Positions 35,922 through 47,755 of a DNA stretch of 64,000 bases are shown here, one piece after another. The position numbers and the translations under genes are program-made. Where the stretch lies: positions 13,516,001 through 13,580,000 of the forward strand of contig JBHGNT010000005.1 of NCBI GenBank assembly GCA_043228905.1, written 5' to 3'. Within the stretch, counting starts at the first letter, position 1; each line of letters opens with the position of its first letter. Origin of the DNA: Azolla caroliniana (lineage: Eukaryota > Plantae > Polypodiophyta). The notes under the pieces are model-generated. The model was not told the DNA's origin. It worked only from the letters and a program-made list of their open reading frames with translations, and did not search any database.

Positions 35922-37851
35922 TCAACACTTTCCGATATGTTGATTCCTTCGTGTTGGCGTTGACTTTAACTGCCTTCTCGTCCTCTTGGCCTTGAATTGA
36001 TCTGGCTCTTCTAAATCCGTCTGTTGAACCGAATTGGTTGTTTTTGATTCATCCCACCTCTTGTCTGAATCGGTCGCTCCCAATTCGTCTTCCGGTTCCT
36101 GGCCCTTCAACACATCGGACCATGTTCGGGTCTTGGGCTTCTTCTTCTGGTCGGCTCTGTCCTTCTTGACTCTGCCGCCGTTGCCACTTGTTCCAACTTG
36201 TTCAGATATGTCAACTTATTTTGTTGACTCGGCTCCTTTCTTCTTCTTGTCTCTCCCTTTGTCGGTTCTTCCCTCACCGGTGCAATCAGCAGTTTCTTTG
36301 CCTTTGCCCGTTCCGGTGTCTTTGCCCGTTCCCTCCCTCAAGTGTGGCACGTCGAGATGCTGAACACCAAGCATTTCGGTGAAGTGCTACAACCTATCCG
36401 ATCCAAGCGGTTTGGTGAAGATGTCAGCAACTTGAAGATCCGTATGAACATACCGAAGTTCGACTTCACCGCTCAGGACACGCTCACGCACGAAGTGGTA
36501 GTGCACTTCTATGTGCTTTGTGTGAGCATGGAATACGGGGTTCTTGGCGAGCTGCATGCTACTTATGTTGTCGTAGTAGATCAGGATCGGGGTCGACACC
36601 TCGATCCGAAGGTCTTGCAGTAGTTGCCGAAGCCAAATGGCTTCACAGGTAGCAAGGGTAGCGCTCCGATATTCAGCGTCAGTGCTCAAAAGGGCCACTG
36701 TTGGCTGTTTTTATTTCCTCCACGCAACAGCCGCACTACCCAGGGAAAACATATACCCGGAGGTGGATTGGCGATCGGATGCATCGCCGGCCCAATCTGC
36801 ATCGGTATAGCCAACTAGCTCTTCGGTTATACCATGCCGATATAACAATCCCCGGTTCTTCGTGCCACTCACATATCACAAAATTCGATGCGCGCATAGA
36901 AGGTGCTCCATGGTCGGCTTTTGCATATATTAGCTGATCACACCGACCGGATAACTGATGTCGGGTCGGGTGATTGTCATATATATAAGGCTTCCAATGA
37001 TTTGTCGGAACAGCTTCTCATCGCAGGCCAGTCCAGAGTCGGGACGGAGCTTCTGGTTCGGGTCCAAGGGTGTGGAGATCGGTCAGCATTCGGTCATGCG
37101 GAACTTGTACAGCATATTCAACACATAGTGTCTTTGTGAGAGCAATATATAGTTGGGGGTTCGGATCACCTCGATCCCAAGGAAATAGTGAAGGTCCCCC
37201 AGGTCCTTCATCTCAAATGTTCGGCTGATTTCATCGAGTCCGGGTCCGGTGATGACTAGATGCAAACCGGACCGTTCGGACCTTTTCGGATGAACAACGA
37301 AGAGTCGGACTTGGAGACCACAAACCCCATCTTATGCAACCGGTGCGTGATCTTCGCATTCCAAGCTCGGGGGGCTTGCTTCAGGCCATAACGTGACTTC
37401 TTCACCGGGCATACTGCGGACTTGTTCATCTACGACTGGAAACCGGGGTGTTGGGTCATAAAGACCTCTTCTTCAAGATCGCCTTGAAGAAATGTATTCT
37501 TCACATCCATCTGGTGAAGATGCCACCCCCTTGCCGCAACAACTGCCCTCACCACACGAACCGTCGTCATCTTCGCTACCATAGCGAAGGTCTCTGTAAT
37601 AGATTATGTGGGTTTGCGCGTATCCCTTCGCCACGAACCGGGCTTTCTACTGGTTAACCGAACTGTCGGCATTGTACTTTACCTTGTACACCCATTTGCA
37701 ACCGATCAGTTTACAGTGTCAGGGAGACGAGGTCCCATGTGTCATTGGCATCTAGTGCCCTCATTTCTTCCTCCAGAGCGGCACACCAATTTGCATCCTT
37801 TGCCACTTCTGCGTAGCTCTCTGGCTCACGCACTTCCCCCACCTTGGTCAT
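35922..37851 (-). pseudogene. Copia H RT-RNase H-tail (degenerate)
   Basis: FEMKDLGDLHYFLGIEV; KHIEVHYHFVRERV. Confidence 0.9.
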
Positions 37852-40800
37852 TGTAACAAGAAACGTGCGGAAGCAGGTATGAAGACAGAACAGAGGAAGG
37901 AAACACAGGTTTAATGGAGAGCTTGGGCTTACACGGTATACGGGGAGAGACAGAGAGAGAAACACAAAAAACTATATTTCACAATAATACTCAATCTCTG
38001 TACATAAGACGTGCTCAGTGAGCACTTTTATACAAGTCCTAAAAGGACTAACCGAAGTATTGACAGTACTTCAATGCTCATCAAGAGCCCCTACACTAAC
38101 TCCCAAATATATTCCTCACGGAATATCTTTCCTAACGACCTCCCGGTTTACGCACTCGGCCTAACCGATCGGTCCCAACCGATCCGGTCCTCAGCCGATC
38201 TGGCCGATGTTGAGCTTGTCTCTCAACACTTCCCCTCAAGCTCAACTTGAGGCTCTTCGGAATCTTCACTGCACCGGTTCCTGCTGGCTTCACGCCTCGC
38301 TCGCGCTCCTCGACCTGTTCGACTCCGCGCGCTTCGACCCTTCCGGTCAGCTTGTCTACTCATGCAGCCCTTAGTTGTTCTGCTGTTGCGGTGTTGACGC
38401 CTCTCCTCTCCTGCTGCCTTTTCTTCCGCTTGGGCCTCTGTTGATTCAGCGTGTCTGAATCAAACATCTGAACCGACTCGGCTACCTCCGATCGGTCTTC
38501 GCTCTCGTCCGAGTTGGCTGTCTCCAACTCGTCTTCGGTCTTCTCGCCCTCGATGGCGTCATCCTCCTCATGCGTGGTTGGCTTCGGCTCTCTCCTTCGG
38601 TTGCTCCCCTTCTGTCTGCTTCCGAACCTTTCCGCGGGTCCGCCCTCGGCTTCTTTAGCCGATCCAATGTCGAACTCGACAACCGACTCGGTGTCGCGTT
38701 GTCCGCTCCTTTCCTGCTGTCTTGCTTGGTCGTTGAGGACTGTTCTCCCCCTCAAGTTTGGCACGTCGAAGTGACGCAACCCGAGCGCACCTGAGAATTG
38801 CCGCAACTTGTCCAGTCCAAGAGGCTTGGTGAAGATGTCGGGAATCTGCCGATCCGTCGGCACATACTGAAGTTCGACTTCACCGGAAAGGACACGCTCA
38901 TGGACGAAATGGTAATGCACCTCAATGTGCTTGGTCCGTGCATGGAAAACGGGGTTCTTCGCGAGCTGGATGCTGCTGAGGTTGTCGCAGTAGATCATCG
39001 TTGGATCTGACACCTCCACTTGTAGATCCTGAAGTAGCCGCTTCAACCAAATGGCTTCGCATGTCGCGATAGCCACTCCTCGGTACTCAGCTTCGGTGCT
39101 CGACAGTGCAACTGTCGGCTGCTTCTTACTGCTCCACGCGATCGCGGCACTCCCGAGGGAGAACGCGTATCCGGACATGGATCGGCGATCAAAGGCAATG
39201 CCAGCCCAATCAGCATCAGTGTAGCCAACTAACTGCGCGGCTGCACCGGTCCGATATAGCAGTCCCCGGTCCTTACTGCCGTTGACATACCGAAGTATGC
39301 GTTGCGCACACTGAAGGTGCTCCTCGGTAGGTCGCGCCATGAACTGACTGATCACCCCGACCGGGTAACTGAGGTCGGGTCGGGTGATGGTCAAGTATAT
39401 GAGGCTTCCGACAATTTGTCGAAACCTCGTCGGGTCGCGACAGCCACTCCTCGGTACTCAGCTTCGGTGCTCGACAGTGCAATTGTCGGCTGCTTCTTAC
39501 TGCTCCACGCAATCGCGGCACTCCCGAGGGAGAACGCGTATCCGGACGTGGATCGGCGATCAGAGGCAATGCCAGCCCAATCAGCATCAGTGTAGCCAAC
39601 TAACTGCGTGGCTGCACCGGTCCGATATAGCAGTCCCCGGTCCTTACTGCCGTTGACATACCGAAGTATGCGTTGCGCACACTGAAGGTGCTCCTCGGTA
39701 GGTCGCGCCATGAACTGACTGATCACCCCGACCGGGTAACTGAGGTCGGGTCGGGTGATGGTCAAGTATATGAGGCTTCCGACAATTTGTCGAAACCTCG
39801 TCAGGTCGCATACCTTTCCCGTATCGGGACGAAGCTTGACGGTTTTGTCCAGAGGAGTCGAGATGGACTTACAATCAGCCATCCCGAATTTGAAGAGCAT
39901 ACCCAGCACGTAGTGACGTTGGCTGATCAATATGCCTTCGGGGTACGGATCACTTCGATCCCGAGGAAGTAATGAAGGTCTCCCAGATCCTTCATGTCGA
40001 ATGATGCCGCAAGCTGGAGCTTCACGCGGTCGATTTCACCTAGGTCATCAACATATAGTAAAATACTAACCGGTCCGAGTCGACCTTTCCGGATGAACAG
40101 GGAAGAGTCCGATTTTGATGTGACGAAGCCCATCCGACGCAATTGTTGCGTGATCTTTGCGTTCCAGGCACGCGGGGCTTGCTTCAGTCCGTAAAGGGAC
40201 TTCTTCAGTCGGCTTACTGTCGAGGAGTTCGTTCCGGAGTGAAATCCGGGGGGCTATACCATGTACACTTGTTCCTCAAGGTCACCTTGTAGGAACACAT
40301 TCTTTACATCCATCTAATGTAAGTGCCACCCCTTCGCCGCAGCTACTGCCAGCAAAACACGGAAGGTCGTCATTTTCGCGACCGGCGCAAACATCTCATC
40401 GTAGTCGATGCCGTGTTTCTGCGCGTAGCCCTTTGCCACTAGCCGAGCCTTGTACCGGTTGACCGAGCCATCGGTGTTGTACTTGACTTTGTACACCCAT
40501 CTACACCCGATCAGCTTCACACCCTTCGGTGCGTCAACCAGGTCCCGGGTCTCGTTCTCCGCCAATGCGTGCATCTCTTCCTCCATTGCGGCACGCCAAT
40601 TCGCGTTTTTAGCCGCTTCTGCGTAGCTCTCCGGCTCACGCACTTCCGCTACACGGGTCATGTACACATAATGATGTGCCATGTACTCGTTGTATCCGAA
40701 GCGCACAACTGGGTTCTTCTGGCGGGTAGATCGGCGTAATCTCACATTAGCCGATGTCGGGGCCTTCTCGGTCGACACGATCTTCATCTTTAAAGACCCG

Positions 40801-43800
40801 TCACCGGTTCCCTCGGAGTTGGACTCGCGTCGGTCTGACTCGTTCCTTTCCGTGCCAGAATCCGACACCTTCTTCTTCCCTTTCTCTTTGCGCGTAAGCC
40901 GTCTCCTCGACTTCCTGCGCGGGGAATGCACGGCCGAGTCTCCACTACTCGTCGGCTCCTCATCGGACTGGTTGTACCGACTCAGTCGTCCAATCGGTCC
41001 ACTTAACCGGAGTGAAATGGGTCTCGATTTCGGGCCGAGTCTCTTCGTGGGTCTCGATTTCGGGCTCATCCGGAGGCATCTTGGCCTCGCTGACCTCATC
41101 GTCAGAACACGGATTGGACTCGGGGCTCGGAGTTGGGGGCTGGTACCAAGACGCGGACTCGTCAAACACAACGTCGCGGCTGACATGCGCTTGTTTGGTG
41201 CGAGGGTTATAGCACTTATAACCCTTCTGCTCGTCTGAGTAACCGACCAAGATGCATTTCTCGGCCTTTGCGTCCAGCTTCCTCCTTTTCTCCTTCGGTA
41301 TATGCACATATGCAATGCTACCGAACACCCTCAAGTGTCGCAAGTTCGGCTTCGTTCCGAAATATAGCTCGTGCGCTGACCCTTTGTCTCCGATCCGGTT
41401 CTGGATGTATACCGCGGTCCTTAGCGCCTCGGCCTAGTAGAACTTGGGCAAGCTCTTCTCCTCCAGCATTGCCCGTGCCGCTTCCACAATCGACCGGTTC
41501 TTCCTCTTGGCCACGCCATTCTGCTCTGGCGTGTAACTACAACGGAATTCGCGTCGAATTCCCATTTGTTGTAGATAACCGTTGAATTGACCGGAAAAGT
41601 ACTCTTTCCCGCCATCCGACCGCAGGCACTTGATCTTTCGTCCCGTTTCAGTTTCCACAAACCCTTTGAGGTCCCGGAAACAGTCGAAGACTTTGCTCTT
41701 CCTCTCAATGAGGTAGATCCACGTGTGCCGCGTGTGGTCGTCGATGAAGGAGACGAAATATCGGCTCCCGCCAAGACTAACGTTTTGTGCCGGTCCCCAC
41801 ACATCGGAGTGTATAAGGTCGAGCTTGTTCCGGCTCCGGTTTCGCTCGTTGGGGAAGGGAAGTCGGTGTTGCTTCCTGAGCTGGCAGGCTTCACAAATTT
41901 GTGTCTTTCGGCCACTAAATTTGGGCAATCCGAACACTACCTGTTTCGTTTGCAGATCTTGAAGCCGCTGGTAGTTGACGTGGCCTATCCGCTTGTGCCA
42001 CAAGTCGATGTCCGACTCAGTCTTTTGTCCCTTCGCGAACATTGCGGTGCCGCCGTCAGTGGAGTCGAGGATGAACATCCTCCCGTCTCTGCGCCCTTGC
42101 GCAATCACACGGCCTTCTTCCTCAATGAAGCACCCGAGGTGTGTAAACCGAACCTCCATCCCTTGGTCGACGATCTGTCCGACTGAGACCAAGTTTTTCG
42201 TGATTGTCGGGACGTGCATCACGTTCATGAGTTTCCCTTTCTGCTCGACATGGCTAAGGGGAACTTCTCCGATTTTCACGATCGGATGCGGAGTGTCGTC
42301 TCCTGTTGCGACTACTTCAGGTTGTATCAGTTTTTCAAGGTACAAGAACCACTCCTTATGGCTCGTCATGTGGTTTGACGCGCCGGAGTCTACGTACCAC
42401 ACCTGGTCCGATCTCGGGGTGGTCTGCTTCATTGAGTTTGCTTCGTGTCTCGTCATGAAGGCAGTCCCTTCTCCGGCTCTCCCGGAGTCTTCGGCGTAGT
42501 GCGATCGTTGCCAATTTCCCTTGTGGGTATGTCTGGAGCCATTTCCGGAACCGGTTCTCTCCAAATCGGCGCGCTTCTTCCAGCACTCGCTTTCCCTGTG
42601 GCCTTTCTTGCCACAGTACCAGCACTCCGCGATTGCCTTCCCTTGCCGGTTCTCATCGCTTCGACTCCCCCTGTTTTCGGAGGGTCCGGAGTTGCTGTCG
42701 GCATCACATCGGTGCCTTCTTCCTTGATCTCGTCGGCCGCTTCCATTGCGTACCGACTCGCCTCGTCCGCCACGACCACGGGGCCTTTCTCCCTTCGTGT
42801 ACAACATCTTCTTGTTGGTGTGTGTGCTTGTCGACGCACCCGCGTGGTTCTCCTCTACCAGGAGCATCGACTGTAAGTCGAAAAAGGACAGCGTATTCTC
42901 CCGGGTACACACAGCCGTTCAGAACGCTCGGAACTTTGACGCCAAACCTCCGAGACAGATCTGGACCATCTCGCTCTCCTCGATGTTCACCTCTATGGAG
43001 GCGAGGGAGTTGCAGATATCCTTGATCTTCGAGGTATAGTCCACCATCGACAAGTCGCGTTGTCGTAGGTTGCTCAACTCCTGTCGGAGCTGAAGCTTCC
43101 TAGCTGTGGTGCTTGCGGCGAAAATCTTCTTCAGATTTTCCTACACACCCTTCGGCGTCTTTGCATCCCGAACATAGCTCAATAGTTGTTCGCCCACACA
43201 CGACGCGAAGCAGTATAGTACCCTGCTCGCTTATTGCTCCCACGACGGGAAGTCTCTGTGTGTCGATTCGGGTGCCGCGTCATTAGCTCCTTCGACATAA
43301 CTCCAGTAGCCATGCCCGAGCAGGCACTGGTGCATCTTGTAGGACCAAGACGCGTAGTTGGTTCTGTCGAGCTTCTCTATTGGAAGCGAGCTCGCCATGC
43401 CTCTATCCATCATTCTTCTTGTTCTTCTTCGTCAAGCTGTGTCGGCTGCAGAGAGGTTCTCAACCCTCGCGCTCTGATACCATGTAACAAGAAACGTGCG
43501 GAAGCAGGTATGAAGACAGAACAAAGGAAGGAAACACAGGTTTAATGGAGAGCTTGGGCTTACACGGTATACGCGGGAGAGGCAGAGAGAGAAACACAAA
43601 AAACTATATTTCACAATAATACTCAATCTCTGTACATAAGACGTGCTCAGTGAGCACTTTTATACAAGTCCTAAAAGGACTGACCGAAGTACTGACGGTA
43701 CTTCAATGCTCATCAAGAGCCCCTACACTAACTCCCAAATATATTCCTCACGGAATATCTTTCCTAACGACCTCCCGGTTTACGCACTCGGCCTAACCGA

Positions 43801-43869
43801 TCGGTCCCAACCGATCCGGTCCTCGACTTCTTCAGTCGATCCGGCCGATGTTGAGCTTGTCTCTCAACA
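37852..43869 (-). mobile_element. Copia I (family of A/B/D/H), relatively young, inserted in H
   Basis: Perfect TSD GTCAT at 37847-37851 and 43870-43874; very similar LTRs 37852-38228 and 43483-43869; PBS 43471-43482. Confidence 0.97.
38360..43413 (-). pseudogene. Copia I gag-pol with a few lesions and a 371-bp duplication
   Basis: ORF fragments of 492, 333, 179 and 344 aa covering Gag, PR, IN, RT, RH and tail. Confidence 0.95.
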
Positions 43870-46209
43870 GTCATGTACACATAGTGATGCGCCATGTACT
43901 CATTGTACCCGCACTGCTTTACGGGGTTCTTCTGGCGGGAAGATTTGAGGCCGTTCTTGGCCGGTTTGGTCTTCATTGCCGAAGATCCGCTAAAGCATAC
44001 CATGATGTCGTCTCATCAAACGCAACATCCCAACTAACTCAAACCTGCTTCGTCCAGGGGTTATAACACTTATACCCATTTTGCTCATGCGAGTAACTGA
44101 CCAGGATGCATTTCTCCAACTTTGCATCCAACTTCCTCTGCTTCTCATCTGTCACATGCACATATGCAATGCTACCGAATATCCGAAGGTGTCTCAAATT
44201 CGGCTTGCACCCGAACTACAGCTCATGCGTAGACACCTTGTCACTGATTCGGTTTTCGATGTAGACGGTCATCCGGACCGCCTCAGCCCAGTAGAAATGG
44301 GGCATGCTCTTCTCCTCTAGCATTGCCCTTGCTGCGTCGACAATCGACCGATTCTTCCTCTCGACCACACCATTTTGCTCCGGTGTGTATCTACAGCTGA
44401 ACTCTCTCCGAATTCCTTTTTGCTGCAAATAACTATTGAATTGGCCGGAAAAATATTCTTTTCCGCCATCTGACCGCAGGCACTTGATCCTCCTCTCCGT
44501 TTCCCGTTCAACGAGGCTTTGCAGTTTTCGGAAACACTCGAAGACTTCGCTCTTCCGCCTAATCAGGTAGATCCATGTTCTATGCCGGTCCCCATACATT
44601 CGAATGAATAAGGTCGAGCTTGTTACGGCTACGGTTTCATTTGGTGGGGAATGGAAGCTGGTGTTGCTTCCCGAGTTGGGCAGGCTTCACAAATTTCGGC
44701 CTTCCGGCCGTTGAACTTCAGGAAACCGAAAACAACTTGTTTCGTTTGCAAGTCTTGAAGCCTCCGGTAATTAACATGGCTGATCTGCTTGTGCTAGAAA
44801 TCAATATCCGATTCAATCTTCTGTCCTTTGGCGAACAAAGCGGTGCTGACGTCATTGGTGCCGAGGATGAACATCCTCCAATCTCTACACCCTTGCGCAA
44901 TAATCTGGCCCTCTTCCTCGATGAAGCATCCAAGGTGAGTAAACCGCACCTACATCCACTGGTCAGAGATCTGACTGATTGACACCAAGTTCTTCGTGAT
45001 AGTCGGAACGTGCAATACGTTCATCAGCTTCCCCCTCTGTCCAATGTGGCTCAAAGGGACTTCTCCGACATGCATGATTAGGTGAGGAGTGTCATCTCCG
45101 GTTTCAACAACTCCCGGTTGTTCCAATTTCTCCAAGAAAAAGAACCACTCTTTGTGGCTCGTCATGTGATTCAACGCACCGGAATCAACGTACCACACTT
45201 CCTCTGATTTGGAAGTGCTCTTCTTCATCGAGTTAGCCTCGTGTTTCATCACCAAGGCTGGCCCTTTACCGGCTTTCCCGGTTTTGGATCCTCCCGATCC
45301 TTCTGCATAGTGCGAGTATTGCCGGTTCTCTCTGACGGCCTTGTTGGATCCGGATCTGTCTGAATTGGTGCACTTCTTCCAGCACTCGCTTTCTCTGTGG
45401 CCCTTTTTACCACAGTACCAACATTCTGTGTCATCCTTTGCTTGCCGACCTTCGGCACCACCTTGACTCCCCCTGCTTGTGGAAGGTCCGGAACTGTTGT
45501 CGACACGTTTTCTATGCCTTCGGTCTTGCTCTTGCCGGCCGTTACCATTGCGAGCCGACCTGCCTCATCCACCACGCCCACGGGGCCAATCCGCCTCCCT
45601 GTCTAGCATCTGGCTGTCGGTGGGTGCACTTGTTTACGCACCGGCGTGGTTCTCTACTAGAACCATCGACTGTAAGTAAAAAATTGACGGCGTATTCTCC
45701 CTTGTACATACCATTGTTCGGAACACTCTGAACTTAGACGTTAGGCCCCCTAGACAGATTTGCAACATCTCATCTTCCTCTACAGTGACGTTGATAGAGG
45801 CAAGTGAGTCACAGATTTCTTTTATTCGGGCCGTGTAATCGGCTATCGACATGTCCTTCTGTCAGACATTGCTCAACTCCAGTTGGAGTTGCAGCTTCTG
45901 GGCCGTAGTGCTTGTCGCGAAAACCTTCTTCAGGTTTCCCCAAGCTTCTTTTGGCATCTTGGCATCTCGGACATGGCTCAGGAGCTGGTCTCCGACACTA
46001 GACACAAAGTAGTACATCACTCTTCTTGTCGCTTGTTCCCACACTGGAAAGTCCTTGTGTGCCACATTAGGTGTTGTGTCATTGGCTCAGTCGACATAGC
46101 TCCACTAACCATGCCCAAGTAGGTACTGGTGCATCTTGTATGACCAAGCTGCGTAGTTGGATCTCTCGAGCTTCTCCACCGGGAGCGAGCTAGCCATTCC
46201 TGAGTCCAT
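43870..46209 (-). pseudogene. Copia H gag-protease-integrase (degenerate)
   Basis: WYVDSGALNHM; IKCLRSDGGKEY..REFSCRYTPEQNG. Confidence 0.9.
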
Positions 46210-46744
46210 CACTTCTCTTTCTATTCTTACCGGGTTTGTCTTCAGATGTTGATGTTGGCTACAGAGGTTCTCAACCCTCGCGCTCTGATACCATGTAAAA
46301 ACGAAGGTGAGGAAGCGTTAGACAACCGGTTTAGCCGGATAGCAACAAAGAGAGAGAGAGAGAGATTAACACACAAAAGGTATGCAGGAGAGACTGAGAA
46401 AGAACAGAACAACTTAAATCTATTATCAACAGCTCTGTAAAATTCTCTATGTATACAACGTGCTCAACATCACTATTTATACAAGTCCTAAGAGGACTGA
46501 CAAAAGTATAGTGTACTTCAATGCTGACACGAGCGTCGGACACTAAATACGAGGCATTAACTACCTAGTAGTCTAGGTTGCTACTAGGCTTTCGGTTAGT
46601 ACTTGATCCAGCTAACCGGCTCCCCAACTCACTGGCTCGCTTGCTAACCGGCTCCGGCTCACCGATCTGGCTCATCCTTCCAGATGTCGATCCAGCTCAG
46701 GCTTATTCAGCCGATTTGGATCCAGTTGAGCTTGCCGCTCAACA

Positions 46745-47077
46745 AAGATGGATGTCATCATGACTACCAAGGCAAAGATCTCGTCGAAATCCACTCCCGT
46801 TCTATGCTGGAAACCCTTCACCACTATCTGTGCTTTGTACCTTGGTGTATTTTTGGCGTCTCTTGGTTTCAACTTGTACACCCACTTGTTCCGATGCACT
46901 CTCTGTCCCTTTGGCAACTCCCTCAGTTCATATGTGTGGTTCACATGTAGGGAATCCATGTCATCCTGCATCACACTTAACCACTTGGGACTGTGGGTGT
47001 CTTTCTTTGCTTCTTCGAAGATTTTTGGCTCTCCCTTGTATGACATGCTCTACATCCGGAAATCTCTGGGGGGCTTT
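46745..47077 (-). pseudogene. Copia G IN-RT linker and RT start
   Basis: GEPKIFEEAK..NKWVYKLK..FDEIFA. Confidence 0.9.
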
Positions 47078-47554
47078 TGTAGGGCTTCGACCCTTCTATT
47101 CACCTTCACCGCTCAGCCACAACCGAGAAATCGCGAATCAATGGAGCAGAAAATAGGAAATACAGAGAAAGACACGATACATAGGGTATAACGTGGAAAA
47201 CCCTAAACGGGAAAAACCACAGGAGTGCACGACTCCAACTATCACTATACACTGGAATATACAATGGCGAGCTGCAAGGCGACGACCTTGAGCTCGCTGT
47301 CCTCGCCACAGGCGGCGGTATTACACAGAGGCGTCGACCTCTTCGGTTCTCTCTCTCTCTCTCTCGGCTGCTCTCACTTCGCTCCCACTAAGTGGAAAAA
47401 CAGAAAATGAGCAACAACTACAAAACTGTTTGCCCTAAGTCATATTTATACACATATGACTTTCGGGCTATTTACAAATATAGCCTCAAGGGCTCTTGGC
47501 AAACATATTCACAAATATGTCTCCGCATCCGGATCTCTCTCCGGGTACATTCGT

Positions 47555-47681
47555 CATCCGGCTCCGTAGCCGGGATCTTCATCATCCGGCTCCGTAACCG
47601 GGGTCTTCATCATCCGGCTCCGTAGCCGGGGTCTTCATCATCCGGCTCCGTAGCCGGGGTCTTCATCATCCGGCTCCGTAA
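47555..47681. repeat. 28-bp tandem array (about 4.5 copies) in the U3 of J; second copy at 52286-52412
   Basis: Unit catccggctccgtaRccggggtcttcat. Confidence 0.95.
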
Positions 47682-47755
47682 CAGCCTCCGGGCTTGCCGT
47701 CATTCATCTCCGGACATCCCATCCGGAGGGACCGAAATCCCAACAAACTCCCCCT

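Larger units (their letters stand above)
35306..46744 (-). mobile_element. Copia H (family of A/B/D), inserted in G RT
   Basis: LTRs 35306-35730 and 46294-46744; PBS 46282-46293; PPT 35731-35741; G frame resumes at 46745; TSD not clean. Confidence 0.9.

Noticed and set aside
1836-46209. Programmed read-through or recoding to explain the many in-frame stops
   Set aside because: Stops fall at different positions in each copy and many derive from CAG/CGA/CAA/TGG, as expected from methylation-driven decay
47555-47681. 28-bp repeats as a CRISPR array
   Set aside because: Head-to-tail units with no unique spacers, inside plant LTRs, and no cas genes
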